A stretch of DNA of 50,048 bases from IMG/VR virus record IMGVR_UViG_3300030330_000961, positions 1 through 50,048 of that record. The stretch is one strand, 5' to 3'. The first letter of the stretch is position 1; each line of letters starts with the position of its first letter. The position numbers and the translations under genes were made by a program. A model generated the notes under the pieces. The model ran no database searches. It saw only the letters and a list, made by a program, of their open reading frames with translations, and was not told where the DNA came from. This DNA comes from a virus. Its lineage: Duplodnaviria; Caudoviricetes. This document shows, one piece after another, positions 17,721 to 27,600 of this stretch.

Positions 17721-19085
17721 ATGTATAACAGCCAAAAAATGGACGTTACAGGTCCAATACAACCTAATGATATTGTAATGCGTGCCTCTGAGATTGGGCA
17801 AAGTATGCCTGGTATCGGAGCTTTAGCCTATAAACAAGCTAGAAAAGGGGCACAAAAAGGAGTCAAGGGTATACACATGATTCCTGAATCTAATAATCAA
17901 AACGTAGATTTTATGAATATAGCTAGGCAAAATGTAAATGCACAGCTAACTGGCATGGCCAATGCAGTCGAGGCAGCTTCAGCTCCTCCTGGTCATATGC
18001 TGGCTTTTATTACACCACAAGAAGCAGGTATATTGAAACTACTTGGAGGTAGTGGTGAAATGACTGAGTCGGGTGTTCCTTCTTTTAGGCCTACGCCATC
18101 AGATACAAAAAAGAATACTGAGAACAGGAGAGAAAAAGACGATACTAAAAATAGAGATGGTATAAGCAGTCTTGATAAAGCTATGCGAAGAAGACCTGAT
18201 GCCTTTGCAGCAGCAGATGTAGCAGCAGCAACAGATAGAATTACAGCTGCAGGAGGAAGTTTAGCTGATGAATTTGGAAGAGGTGGAAGAGATACTAAAG
18301 AACGAATAGAAAATTTAGGAATGACTCAAGCAGAGATTGATAAAGAATATGGTACACAAATGATGGCAGATAAAAGTTTAGCTGTCAGAGATATGATGAC
18401 AAAAGCTTCTGGCTATAATCCAGATATAAAAGGGTATGATAATCCTTTTAATCAAGGCATGAGCTTAGATGTAGGATACGGTGCATACGATAAACTTATA
18501 GGCAAAGGGTATACACCACAAGAAATAGCTAGAATGAAGTTTGATCAAAGTAAAGGGTTATTAGGAGATATGAAGTTTAACGCTACTTTAGATGGAAAAC
18601 CTGTTGGAGCATTTAATATAAATAAAGCAGGAGGATTTCTCGATAATGTATTTGGTAGAGGTGGTTTTACTTTTACTCGTGATTACATGGATCAAGGGAA
18701 CCGTGGAAGAGATAGAGATAACAGAAGAAATTTTGTAGAAGAAATGATTGACCAAGAAGTGGGCAGTGGTGCTGGTGAAACTGGCGACTACTTAGATCCG
18801 AGTGAAGCGTACTTACCATCAGATTATACTAGTGATAGAATAACAGAAGGTGACTTAGTTCCAGGTCGAAGAAGATTTATGTTAAGAAAAGATGGTAAAA
18901 AAATTCCTGAAGGTGATAATTTAACTTTAGATGAAATAAGAAACTACGCAATGGTGGGCGGTTTTAATTTATTAGAACCATTTAGTGAGTACCAAGCAAG
19001 ACGAAGACAATATTATGGTGCTCCTGATTTTGGTCAAGGCACAGACTTTGACTACTCTGGTTCAACAGGAGGCACAGGAAACTAA
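17721..19085 (+). CDS. putative internal virion / ejection protein
   Basis: HMLAFITPQEAGILKLLGGSG...GVPSF motif; position after tail genes. Confidence 0.55.
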   Translation: MYNSQKMDVTGPIQPNDIVMRASEIGQSMPGIGALAYKQARKGAQKGVKGIHMIPESNNQNVDFMNIARQNVNAQLTGMANAVEAASAPPGHMLAFITPQEAGILKLLGGSGEMTESGVPSFRPTPSDTKKNTENRREKDDTKNRDGISSLDKAMRRRPDAFAAADVAAATDRITAAGGSLADEFGRGGRDTKERIENLGMTQAEIDKEYGTQMMADKSLAVRDMMTKASGYNPDIKGYDNPFNQGMSLDVGYGAYDKLIGKGYTPQEIARMKFDQSKGLLGDMKFNATLDGKPVGAFNINKAGGFLDNVFGRGGFTFTRDYMDQGNRGRDRDNRRNFVEEMIDQEVGSGAGETGDYLDPSEAYLPSDYTSDRITEGDLVPGRRRFMLRKDGKKIPEGDNLTLDEIRNYAMVGGFNLLEPFSEYQARRRQYYGAPDFGQGTDFDYSGSTGGTGN

Positions 19086-20122
19086 TGGCTTTATTTGATT
19101 TTTTATTTGGTGGTGGTCAATCTGCTCCTGCAGTTCAATCATCAGGAATTCAAACCACTGATATACCTACATACGTAGCCCAACCTTCAGCTCAATTAAT
19201 TGGTGCGGCAGCAGATGTTGCATCTGAAGATTATGTATCTTATGCGGGTCCAAGACTTGTTGGACTAAGTCAAGCAGAACAAGATGCAATTGCTCAACAA
19301 AGAGAACAAGCAGGAGAAGGTTATGAGGCGGCAACAAGAGGTATTACAACGTTAGGCGGCGCTGGTCAATTTTTATCAGGTGATGCAGGTACTAGAGGTT
19401 TAGTACAAGGAGGCGTTAACTTATTAGGGCGAGGTGCATCAGGCGTATCAGGTGCTGAAATACAAAATTATATTAATCCATATGTAACTCAAGCTTTAGA
19501 TCCTGCGGCAGCAAGATTACGTGAAGAATCGCAAAGACAAACTATGGCTGATGCAGCTAATGCTGCACAGGCTGGAGCTTTTGGCGGTAGCAGGCAAGCA
19601 GTACTTCAAGGTATTAGAGGTAGAGATTTATCTAGAGGCATCAGTGACCTATATCAAAAAGGATATGCAAGTGCTTATGACTCTGCTTTGAAAGCCGCAC
19701 AAGATGATAGAAAACGTCAAGTGCAAGCAGGAACATCTATGAGTAGTTTAGCAAAAGCTTCAACAGGCGCTGCTGATTCACTACGTAACATTGGATTAGC
19801 AGAAATTACTGGCGCAGCCACTAGACAAACTTTAGGTGCTGCAGACGTTGCTTCTCAACTAGGAGTGGGGGCACTAGAAAGAGGAATAGATCAGCAAGCT
19901 TTAGATATAGCATATAGTGATTTCTTAAAAGAGCAATATTACCCTAAAGAACAATTAACATTTATGAGTGGTATTTTACAAGGGGCACCGTATCCTGTAA
20001 CTACGTACACTCAAGCAACCGCACCAGGACAAGAAGGTCCTAGCGGATTCTCTCAACTATTAGGCTTTGGACTTAACGCAGCTAGTGTAGCTGGTGGTCT
20101 AGGCTGGACACCGTTTGGATAA
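19085..20122 (+). CDS. DNA ejection (transfer) protein
   Basis: Ala/Gly/Gln-rich; Y.NPY, AGAFGGSRQA, Q..LD..Y..F.....YP..QL. Confidence 0.7.
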   Translation: MALFDFLFGGGQSAPAVQSSGIQTTDIPTYVAQPSAQLIGAAADVASEDYVSYAGPRLVGLSQAEQDAIAQQREQAGEGYEAATRGITTLGGAGQFLSGDAGTRGLVQGGVNLLGRGASGVSGAEIQNYINPYVTQALDPAAARLREESQRQTMADAANAAQAGAFGGSRQAVLQGIRGRDLSRGISDLYQKGYASAYDSALKAAQDDRKRQVQAGTSMSSLAKASTGAADSLRNIGLAEITGAATRQTLGAADVASQLGVGALERGIDQQALDIAYSDFLKEQYYPKEQLTFMSGILQGAPYPVTTYTQATAPGQEGPSGFSQLLGFGLNAASVAGGLGWTPFG

Positions 20123-20125
20123 AAT

Positions 20126-21565
20126 ATGGCAGAAAAACCTAAATTTGATTATTCTCAAGATACTGGCTTTGGAAAATTTTTAGAGTATGGTGACTTTCTT
20201 GGAGAAGATAGTATTTACAATCCTCTTAATATAGGAACAGCTTTGTATGATCTTGGTGCTGTCCCTATAAATAAAACATCAGAATATTTTACTGGTTACA
20301 ATCCTGGCTTATCAGGTACTAGGTTCTTTGGTAGAAAAGATAAAGATCCAAACATAGCATATTTTTTTGGGGCAGAAACTGACGCTACTCCAGGTTATTT
20401 AAGTTATGAAGAAAGAATGCAGCTGGCAAGGGAAAACGCAGAACGAGAGGCGGACATATTTCAGAAAAGACAAGATCAAATGCAAAAAAGGAAATTTGAA
20501 AAAAATAATCCTAAACCAAAGTTTGATACTAACATTGACAATTTTATTATTAATCAAGAAAATGCCATGGACAAATTTAGAGATCCAGACTACAAACCTG
20601 CTGATCCATTTCAAGTTGCTGGAGAAAAATCTTTTAATCCTGCAAGACTAGAGATAGGTAACATGAAATTAGATCAAGCTATTTTTGAAGATAAAATGGA
20701 AAAAGGTCTTAGAGAATTAAGTGATATATCTAAAAAGAAAATGGACGAGAAAGATTTAAAAGATAAAGAAGCTGCAGCTAAACTTGCTAAACAAGAAGCT
20801 TATGAGTCAAAAAGTTTCTTAGAAAAAATGTTTGATAAAGATGTTAGAGAAGGTGAATCTATTTCGAATGCCGATAAAACTTTTGCTAGTATGAATGCAA
20901 TAAGTAGAAGATTACTAGAGCCTAGAAATCCTGGAGAATATCGTAGCTTCCTTGGAGATATAGCATTAGGATTAGATGATGCAGGTCAAACAATAAAAGC
21001 TTTAGAGACAGAAGCTGAAGACAGGGCAACGGATGCGGCGGCTGCAAATTTAGAAGCATTATTTAAACAAGCACAAATTAATGAAGCTACAGCACGAACA
21101 AGCAAGACGATGGCAGACGAACAAAAAGTTTATGCAGATATGAACTTAGACCAGGCAAAAGAATATAGAGCAGGTCTTACTGATGCAGCTAACATAGCTG
21201 TAGACCTTAGACAAGCGTCTTTACTTGACCCAAGTAAAGATCAACCTTCAGATCTATTAACAAATGATGCTAAGAACGCAATGATAGTAGTTCAAGGTGA
21301 AAAGGGATTAAAGCCAGGAGATGCAAAATACGCTGAAGCAGTTGCCGCTGAACTAATAAAAAGTTATGATTTAAATCAGAAACAAGCAATGTTAGAAGCG
21401 TTAAGCTTTGAATACATTCAAATGGTTGAAGATCCAGATTTAAGACAACAATTAACCGATATAAAAAATTCTCTTGTTATGAGCATGGCGGGGGCAATGG
21501 GCTCTGGCGCTTCAGATAATGAGGTGCCTTTTAACGAACAAGTATTAAACAAAAACAAAACCTAA
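20126..21565 (+). CDS. putative internal virion protein
   Basis: Helical, charged 479-aa ORF between ejection genes. Confidence 0.55.
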   Translation: MAEKPKFDYSQDTGFGKFLEYGDFLGEDSIYNPLNIGTALYDLGAVPINKTSEYFTGYNPGLSGTRFFGRKDKDPNIAYFFGAETDATPGYLSYEERMQLARENAEREADIFQKRQDQMQKRKFEKNNPKPKFDTNIDNFIINQENAMDKFRDPDYKPADPFQVAGEKSFNPARLEIGNMKLDQAIFEDKMEKGLRELSDISKKKMDEKDLKDKEAAAKLAKQEAYESKSFLEKMFDKDVREGESISNADKTFASMNAISRRLLEPRNPGEYRSFLGDIALGLDDAGQTIKALETEAEDRATDAAAANLEALFKQAQINEATARTSKTMADEQKVYADMNLDQAKEYRAGLTDAANIAVDLRQASLLDPSKDQPSDLLTNDAKNAMIVVQGEKGLKPGDAKYAEAVAAELIKSYDLNQKQAMLEALSFEYIQMVEDPDLRQQLTDIKNSLVMSMAGAMGSGASDNEVPFNEQVLNKNKT

Positions 21566-21580
21566 GAGAGTTCGCTCTCT
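21565..21580 (+). other. intergenic UUCG hairpin
   Basis: AGAGAG-TTCG-CTCTCT with no U tract. Confidence 0.45.
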
Positions 21581-21606
21581 GAATACAATACGTAAGGAAA
21601 CTAAAA

Positions 21607-24600
21607 GTGACAAATATTAATTATGACTTCATAGAAAGTCTAGAAGGTTTTGAAACAAGGGGTTACGTACCAGACCCTAAAGGATCTAATTCAGGAGTAA
21701 CTATTGGCTCGGGTGTTGACTTAGGAGCAAGGAACATTGATGATTTAAATAAATTAAATTTACCTGAAGAATTAGTAAATAAATTAGAACCTTATCTTGG
21801 TAAACAAAAAACAGACGCTAAAAAATATCTTAATAAAAATCCATTAAATCTTAGTGACGAAGAAGCACGGCTTGTTAGTAGAGCTGTTCAATCAGATATG
21901 GCTAATAGTCTTGCAAGAAAATGGAAAGAAAAAACTGGTCAAGATTTTTCTGAACTATCAGAAAATAAAGCAACAGTAGTTGCCTCAGTCGCTTTTCAAT
22001 ATGGCGACCTTGCTAGTAAAACTCCTAACTTTTGGGAGCAAGTAACTTCAAATAATTGGGAAGCTGCTCTTGCTAATTTAAGAGACTTCGAGGACAAATA
22101 TCCCACTCGTCGAAACAAAGAAGCAGACTTTCTTAGTCCTACACTACCTATACGCAGACCCATCGAGTCTAGACAAGAAGGTGGCCCAGTAGAAGCGGGC
22201 AAACCTTATCTTGTTGGCGAAGCAGGACCTGAAATTATTATACCAGAACAATCTGGAACCGTAATACCAAACAATCAACTACCATCACCATTTAACGCTG
22301 CTTTTGATTTTGCAGCTTTTGCCGATCAATACGCACAATTGTTTCCAGCAGAACCTGAAACTGCGCCAGTTGTTGAAAAGCCAAAAATGAAGTACATAAA
22401 GTTTGACGATCCAAAAGTACCTAGATTTGCTGTGCCTGAAAATTTATCAAAGGAAGACATGCAGAACTATATGAAGTCTCCTTTCGTTGAACAAGAAATG
22501 TTTAACAAAGGTTACTTGTATAAGTATGGTTTAGATCCTGTAAGATATGATGATCCTACAGATTTAGACGATTGGAATTTTACTGCAGGTGCTAAGTCTG
22601 GCTTTGATAATTTAAAAGCCATTGGATCTGGTGTCTTATATACTATGGCTGATTTATTTGATAATGAAGATGCTAAAGAAAAGTTTTCTAAAATGGTCGA
22701 ACAGTATAATCTCGACTCAGGTGTGCATATGTTTAAAGAAGGAGAAGAGGGGCAAGTTGATTTACGTATAACCACCATAGAAGATATGTTACAAGATGAA
22801 AATAAACTTGGAGCATTTTTAGATTGGGCATCTTTTAACATGGGAGTTGGTGCAGCAACTATGCTGCCATTAATAGGGGCAGGTGTTGTTGGCGGAGGTG
22901 TAGGAGTTGCAATAGGAGCACCTACTTTATTTACAATAGGGACCTCACAAATAGGACTTGGAGGATTATCTTTCTTATTAGGTTCATATGCAATGGGTGT
23001 TGGTGAAGCGACTAACGCACAATTAGAAAGATCAGGAGATTCTAATGCAGCCATATCCATAGCCGCAGCTATTCCTTACGCTGCTTCTGAATTTGCATTT
23101 GGTGCAAGTTCTCAAATTGTATCAGCATTTGCTAAAAGAGGTGGTTTGACTGGCGTAAAAAGCCAAATGAAAGATTTAGTAAAAACTAAATTTAATAAAG
23201 TAGTTACAGATCCGTCTATTATAAAAGAAGTATCCAAAGGTGTAGCGAAAGGTTTTGCAGGAGAGGCTACCGCCGAAGGATTGCAAGAAATTATTACCTC
23301 ATCTGCTGCAGAGATTGGAGCAGGTGCAAGTTTACAAGATTTGTATAGCACTCCAGACTTTTGGAAACAAGTAGGAGAAGCTGCTGCAGCTGGTGGTGTT
23401 GCAGGTTTTGGTATTGGGGCAGTGCCTGGAGCAATAAATTACGCAAAACAAAGTAGATCAAAAGTTGAAGGAGCCTTTGGTATAGGAAAAATGAATCCAA
23501 CTGAAACTGAAACTATAAAGAAAACAGGAGCTACGGTTGGTGATACTGTAACCATCGAAGGAGCTTATCAAGCAGATAATCCTGAATTTGAAACAGATGG
23601 CAATCCTCCAGAGTTTACCATATTGGGTGAAACAGTTAACTTGGATGGATCAAAAAATATTGTACTAAGAAACAACACAACTAATACTATTCAATTATTA
23701 AACGAAAAAGATGCAAGTAAAGTAATTAAAGTAGAAGAAAATCAAGTTGATAAACAAGACAAGGACGTAGAACCAGAGTATTTAGAACCAGAAAATATAC
23801 CTAGTGAGGCAAGATTAAAAAGAATTGTAAAAGAATTAAAAAGAAGAGGTTACAATTCTACTGAAGTAATCAGAAATGCATTGGAAGCAGATAAGCTTAA
23901 GTCTAAAGAAGACTGGAAAAGGCGAAGAAAAGAAATAGTTGAGGAACAACAGAACGAATACAGACTAGAAGCAATAGCGGGCATAGGATACAGCAAACCT
24001 GCTTTTGTAAAACCTTACGATGATGCTATGAATAAGGGAGCTATAGAATCTGGAGAAACTACAATGGATGCGCTTCTAGAAAAAGATTGGATAAATTGGA
24101 GTAACATTACATTAGATAGAGCAGTAAACAATGGAGATCCAAATGTTATAACACCAAAACAACAAGAACAATTGACTAAATTAGGATACTACAATGGAAA
24201 AAACGGTAGGGATTTAATAGAAACACATAGGAGAGATTTCACACCAGTTAAAGATAATCCTAACATTAATAGAGGTAGACAACGAATACAGGAAATTATT
24301 GATCAAGGCATTCCATATGAGCCTATGACAGTAAGTACAAGAACTTTAGTAGAAAGTCGTAGGGTGCCCCCTTTAAATCAGCGTAATGATCAAGAATTTG
24401 AAAACTTAACACAGCAACAAAAACTAGCAGACTTTGAAACTGCGAAGGTTGATGAAGAAATACAATCATTAAGATTACAAAAAAGAAATCTAGATACAAA
24501 AGATCCTACGTATAAACAAAATATAAGAGATATAAATATTCAGATAAACGATTTACAAACTCAAAAAGAAGCTAGAGTATTGCAAGCGTCAAGTGCTTTA

Positions 24601-27600
24601 GGAAGAATAGATGCTATAGTTGATATATTAAATAGGTTAGATATTCAAGGTATTAGGTTTAATCCTAAACAAATGCTTAGAGCTGCTTTAAAAATAGCTA
24701 AGAAACAAAAAAATCAAATAGAAATAAATGCAATACAAGGGGCACTAGATAAGGCTAAACCTGAATATACTCCACTAGTTAGATTTGGAACAGGCACTGT
24801 ATTTGTTTACTCAGACATAATGGTTGATACAGCTAGGAAAGAAATAAAATTCTTAGAGAGTCAAAGAAAGGGAGGGGCAGAAGGTCTTTCGGCGGCAGAA
24901 GTTGAAGCGTTAACTGATGAGCAAAAAGCAATTTACATAGACCAGACTGAAAAGATACAAGAGTTTCAAGATATAATAGAAGTTTCTTTAGCAAAAAGAA
25001 AAGAATTAAATACCTTACTAGAAAGTTTTAACATAGAACCTTTGTTGAATTTTAAAGATAACAAACCAAGAATACCTGGCGCTCAAACAATAGAAAAAGT
25101 TAAAAAACAAATTAGACAACTAAGAAAAGAGTTATATGGGTATGATGAAAATGTGTACGAAAAAAATGTAGATACTTATTGGAGTGTCTCAAACTATCCT
25201 AATTCTTTAGATCGTCCAAAGCTATCACTTGAAGCTATAAAGTCAATGGCTGTAATTAGTGATCAGTTTCAGAAAGAGCTTAATCAACTAGGGCTAGACA
25301 ATCTTAGCATTAGATTAATTGATTCTATAATGACAGAAGAGGGCACAGTATTAAACGGTAGATACTTTGGAGGTTTAGGTTTAATCGAAGTTGCTATGAA
25401 TGCTACTACTCCTGTTGACAATATAGCGCTAGCAGATTCACAACGTTACACCATGCATCATGAATCAATGCATTATATATTTAATAATTTATTAACACCA
25501 AAGGAACAAAATGTATTACGTGATGCGGCTCGAAAAACTTTAATTAATAGATACAACATTAAAAATAGATATGGTCCGTTTGGTTTAAATCAAAGTCAAA
25601 TGGAAGAAGAAGCAATCTCTGACTACTTTGCAGAATATATGGCAACCACCCCAAATGGGGCATTAGATAGTCCTAAAGGTATAATAGGTAGAGTATTTGA
25701 AAGGATAAGAACTTATTTAATTACATTAGCAAATATACTTAGAAACAATGGATTAAATGGAGCCAATCAAGTGTTTGATAAATTAGACTATGGCACAGTT
25801 ATAGCAAGACGAGCTATCATGTCTAAAACTGTTATGCAAACCACAGAGATAAGTAACATAGCTAAAGCTGCAGGCATATCTGTAGACGAAGCCCAGGCAT
25901 TTATACAAAGAGGACTTAAAAAAACTAAAGTATTAAATTCAGGATATAATACAGGAAGTATTACAGATAACATAGGTTTATATAATTCATTCATATTATA
26001 TCAACAACCAAGAACGGGATTAATGACTGATCCAAGTTTGCGGAAAATAACTACGTTAGTAAACGGTTTAATGAAATCGCTTACAACTAAAGTGGGTCTA
26101 CCAAATATAAGTGAAGCTAATTATTATCTAGCAGAGCTAAAGAAAGTAACTTCTCAAGAACTGAATGCAGCAATAGCTTCTTTACAAAGTGCAGATTTAG
26201 ATTTTGCAGGCAAGTTTGAAACATTCAGTGCTATGGAATTAGGGACTGCAACCAGGGCACAAAGACAAGTGATGAACCTTTTAGCTTCTTTAAATTCTAG
26301 AACTCAAGGCGTAGAAATATTTACTAACAGATTAAATAGAATTACATTACCGACTGAATCTGATTTAAGAATAGCAGGTTCTATTAAAAAGACATATCAC
26401 TTTACTTCTCAAGGTTCAACTATTCCTGTGCTTGAAACAAGTAAAATTAGTGAATTAGGTTTGCATTTTGCAAGCAGTGAAATGCAAGCAAAAGATAGAT
26501 ACAACATGAAAGTAAGGGGAGGAGAGACTACGCTAACACCAGTCGTAGGAAGACGAACAAAAACGGGCGGCGTATTATTTCAAGATGGTCGCTTTGATAT
26601 AGACGAAGCAACTGAGGAAGATTTAGGTAGTATTAATACAGCAATATTATACATTAACAATCCATTAAGGATGCCAGACATGGGAAACTGGGATACATTT
26701 AAAGTTTTAGAGAGGCTTACTGAAACACCTACCAGTAAAAACTTTAGAGCTTTTAGAACTTTTTATAAAACTATTGATGTTTCTCCTGTTCTATTTACAG
26801 AAAAAGAAAATGCTGCAATATCTCGTGCGTTAGGAGAAATTGAGGCTAACTTTATGGAGGGTAAAAGTCAGTTTAAAAATTACAAAAATATGCAGTCAGC
26901 TTACTTAGTAAAAAAAATAAAAGAAAAAGGTTATGATGGTATTGTATATGTTAACATGGCTGAAGGCATGCGTGCAGGTGATTTTGATAGGGGAGTAGAA
27001 AAAGGGGCACAGGAATCTTTTATAGTTTTTGATAGCAATCAAATACAAGAGGTTGAGTTTAACAGCAATCCAGATTTTACAGACATAAACTATCAAGCAT
27101 CAGTGCAAATGCAAGAGTCAGTTGCAGATGATGAGTTAAGTAAACCTGAAACAATGAATAGACAACAACAGAAAAAAGGTGTTGATGATTTAAAGAAAAC
27201 AGCAGAAGCCACTGATAAAATATTTGAAGATGGCAAAGAAGCTAGCTTAAAAGATATAAGTTTCTTTGGTAAGTGGGCAAACCATGCTAGAAACTTTGCT
27301 ACTAAATATCCTGTAGTAGCAAGACTATGGGACTCCATATCTAGAATGGAACAAAAAGGAAGAGAAATTCAAACGCAATTTGTTATGGATATGAGAAGAT
27401 ACTTTGATGTTATAAACAATGTAGAAGGAGCAAAGGTGGCACTAGCTAAAGCTCACATAATATCTCAACAAGAAGGCGCACAAGGTAGATACAGAAGAGA
27501 TGCCAACGGTCAAATTATATTTGTATCACCAATAGACATGACTACTGGGGGAACTGGTCAGAATGTTATAACAGTTAACAAAGGTGAAATAATTATATTG

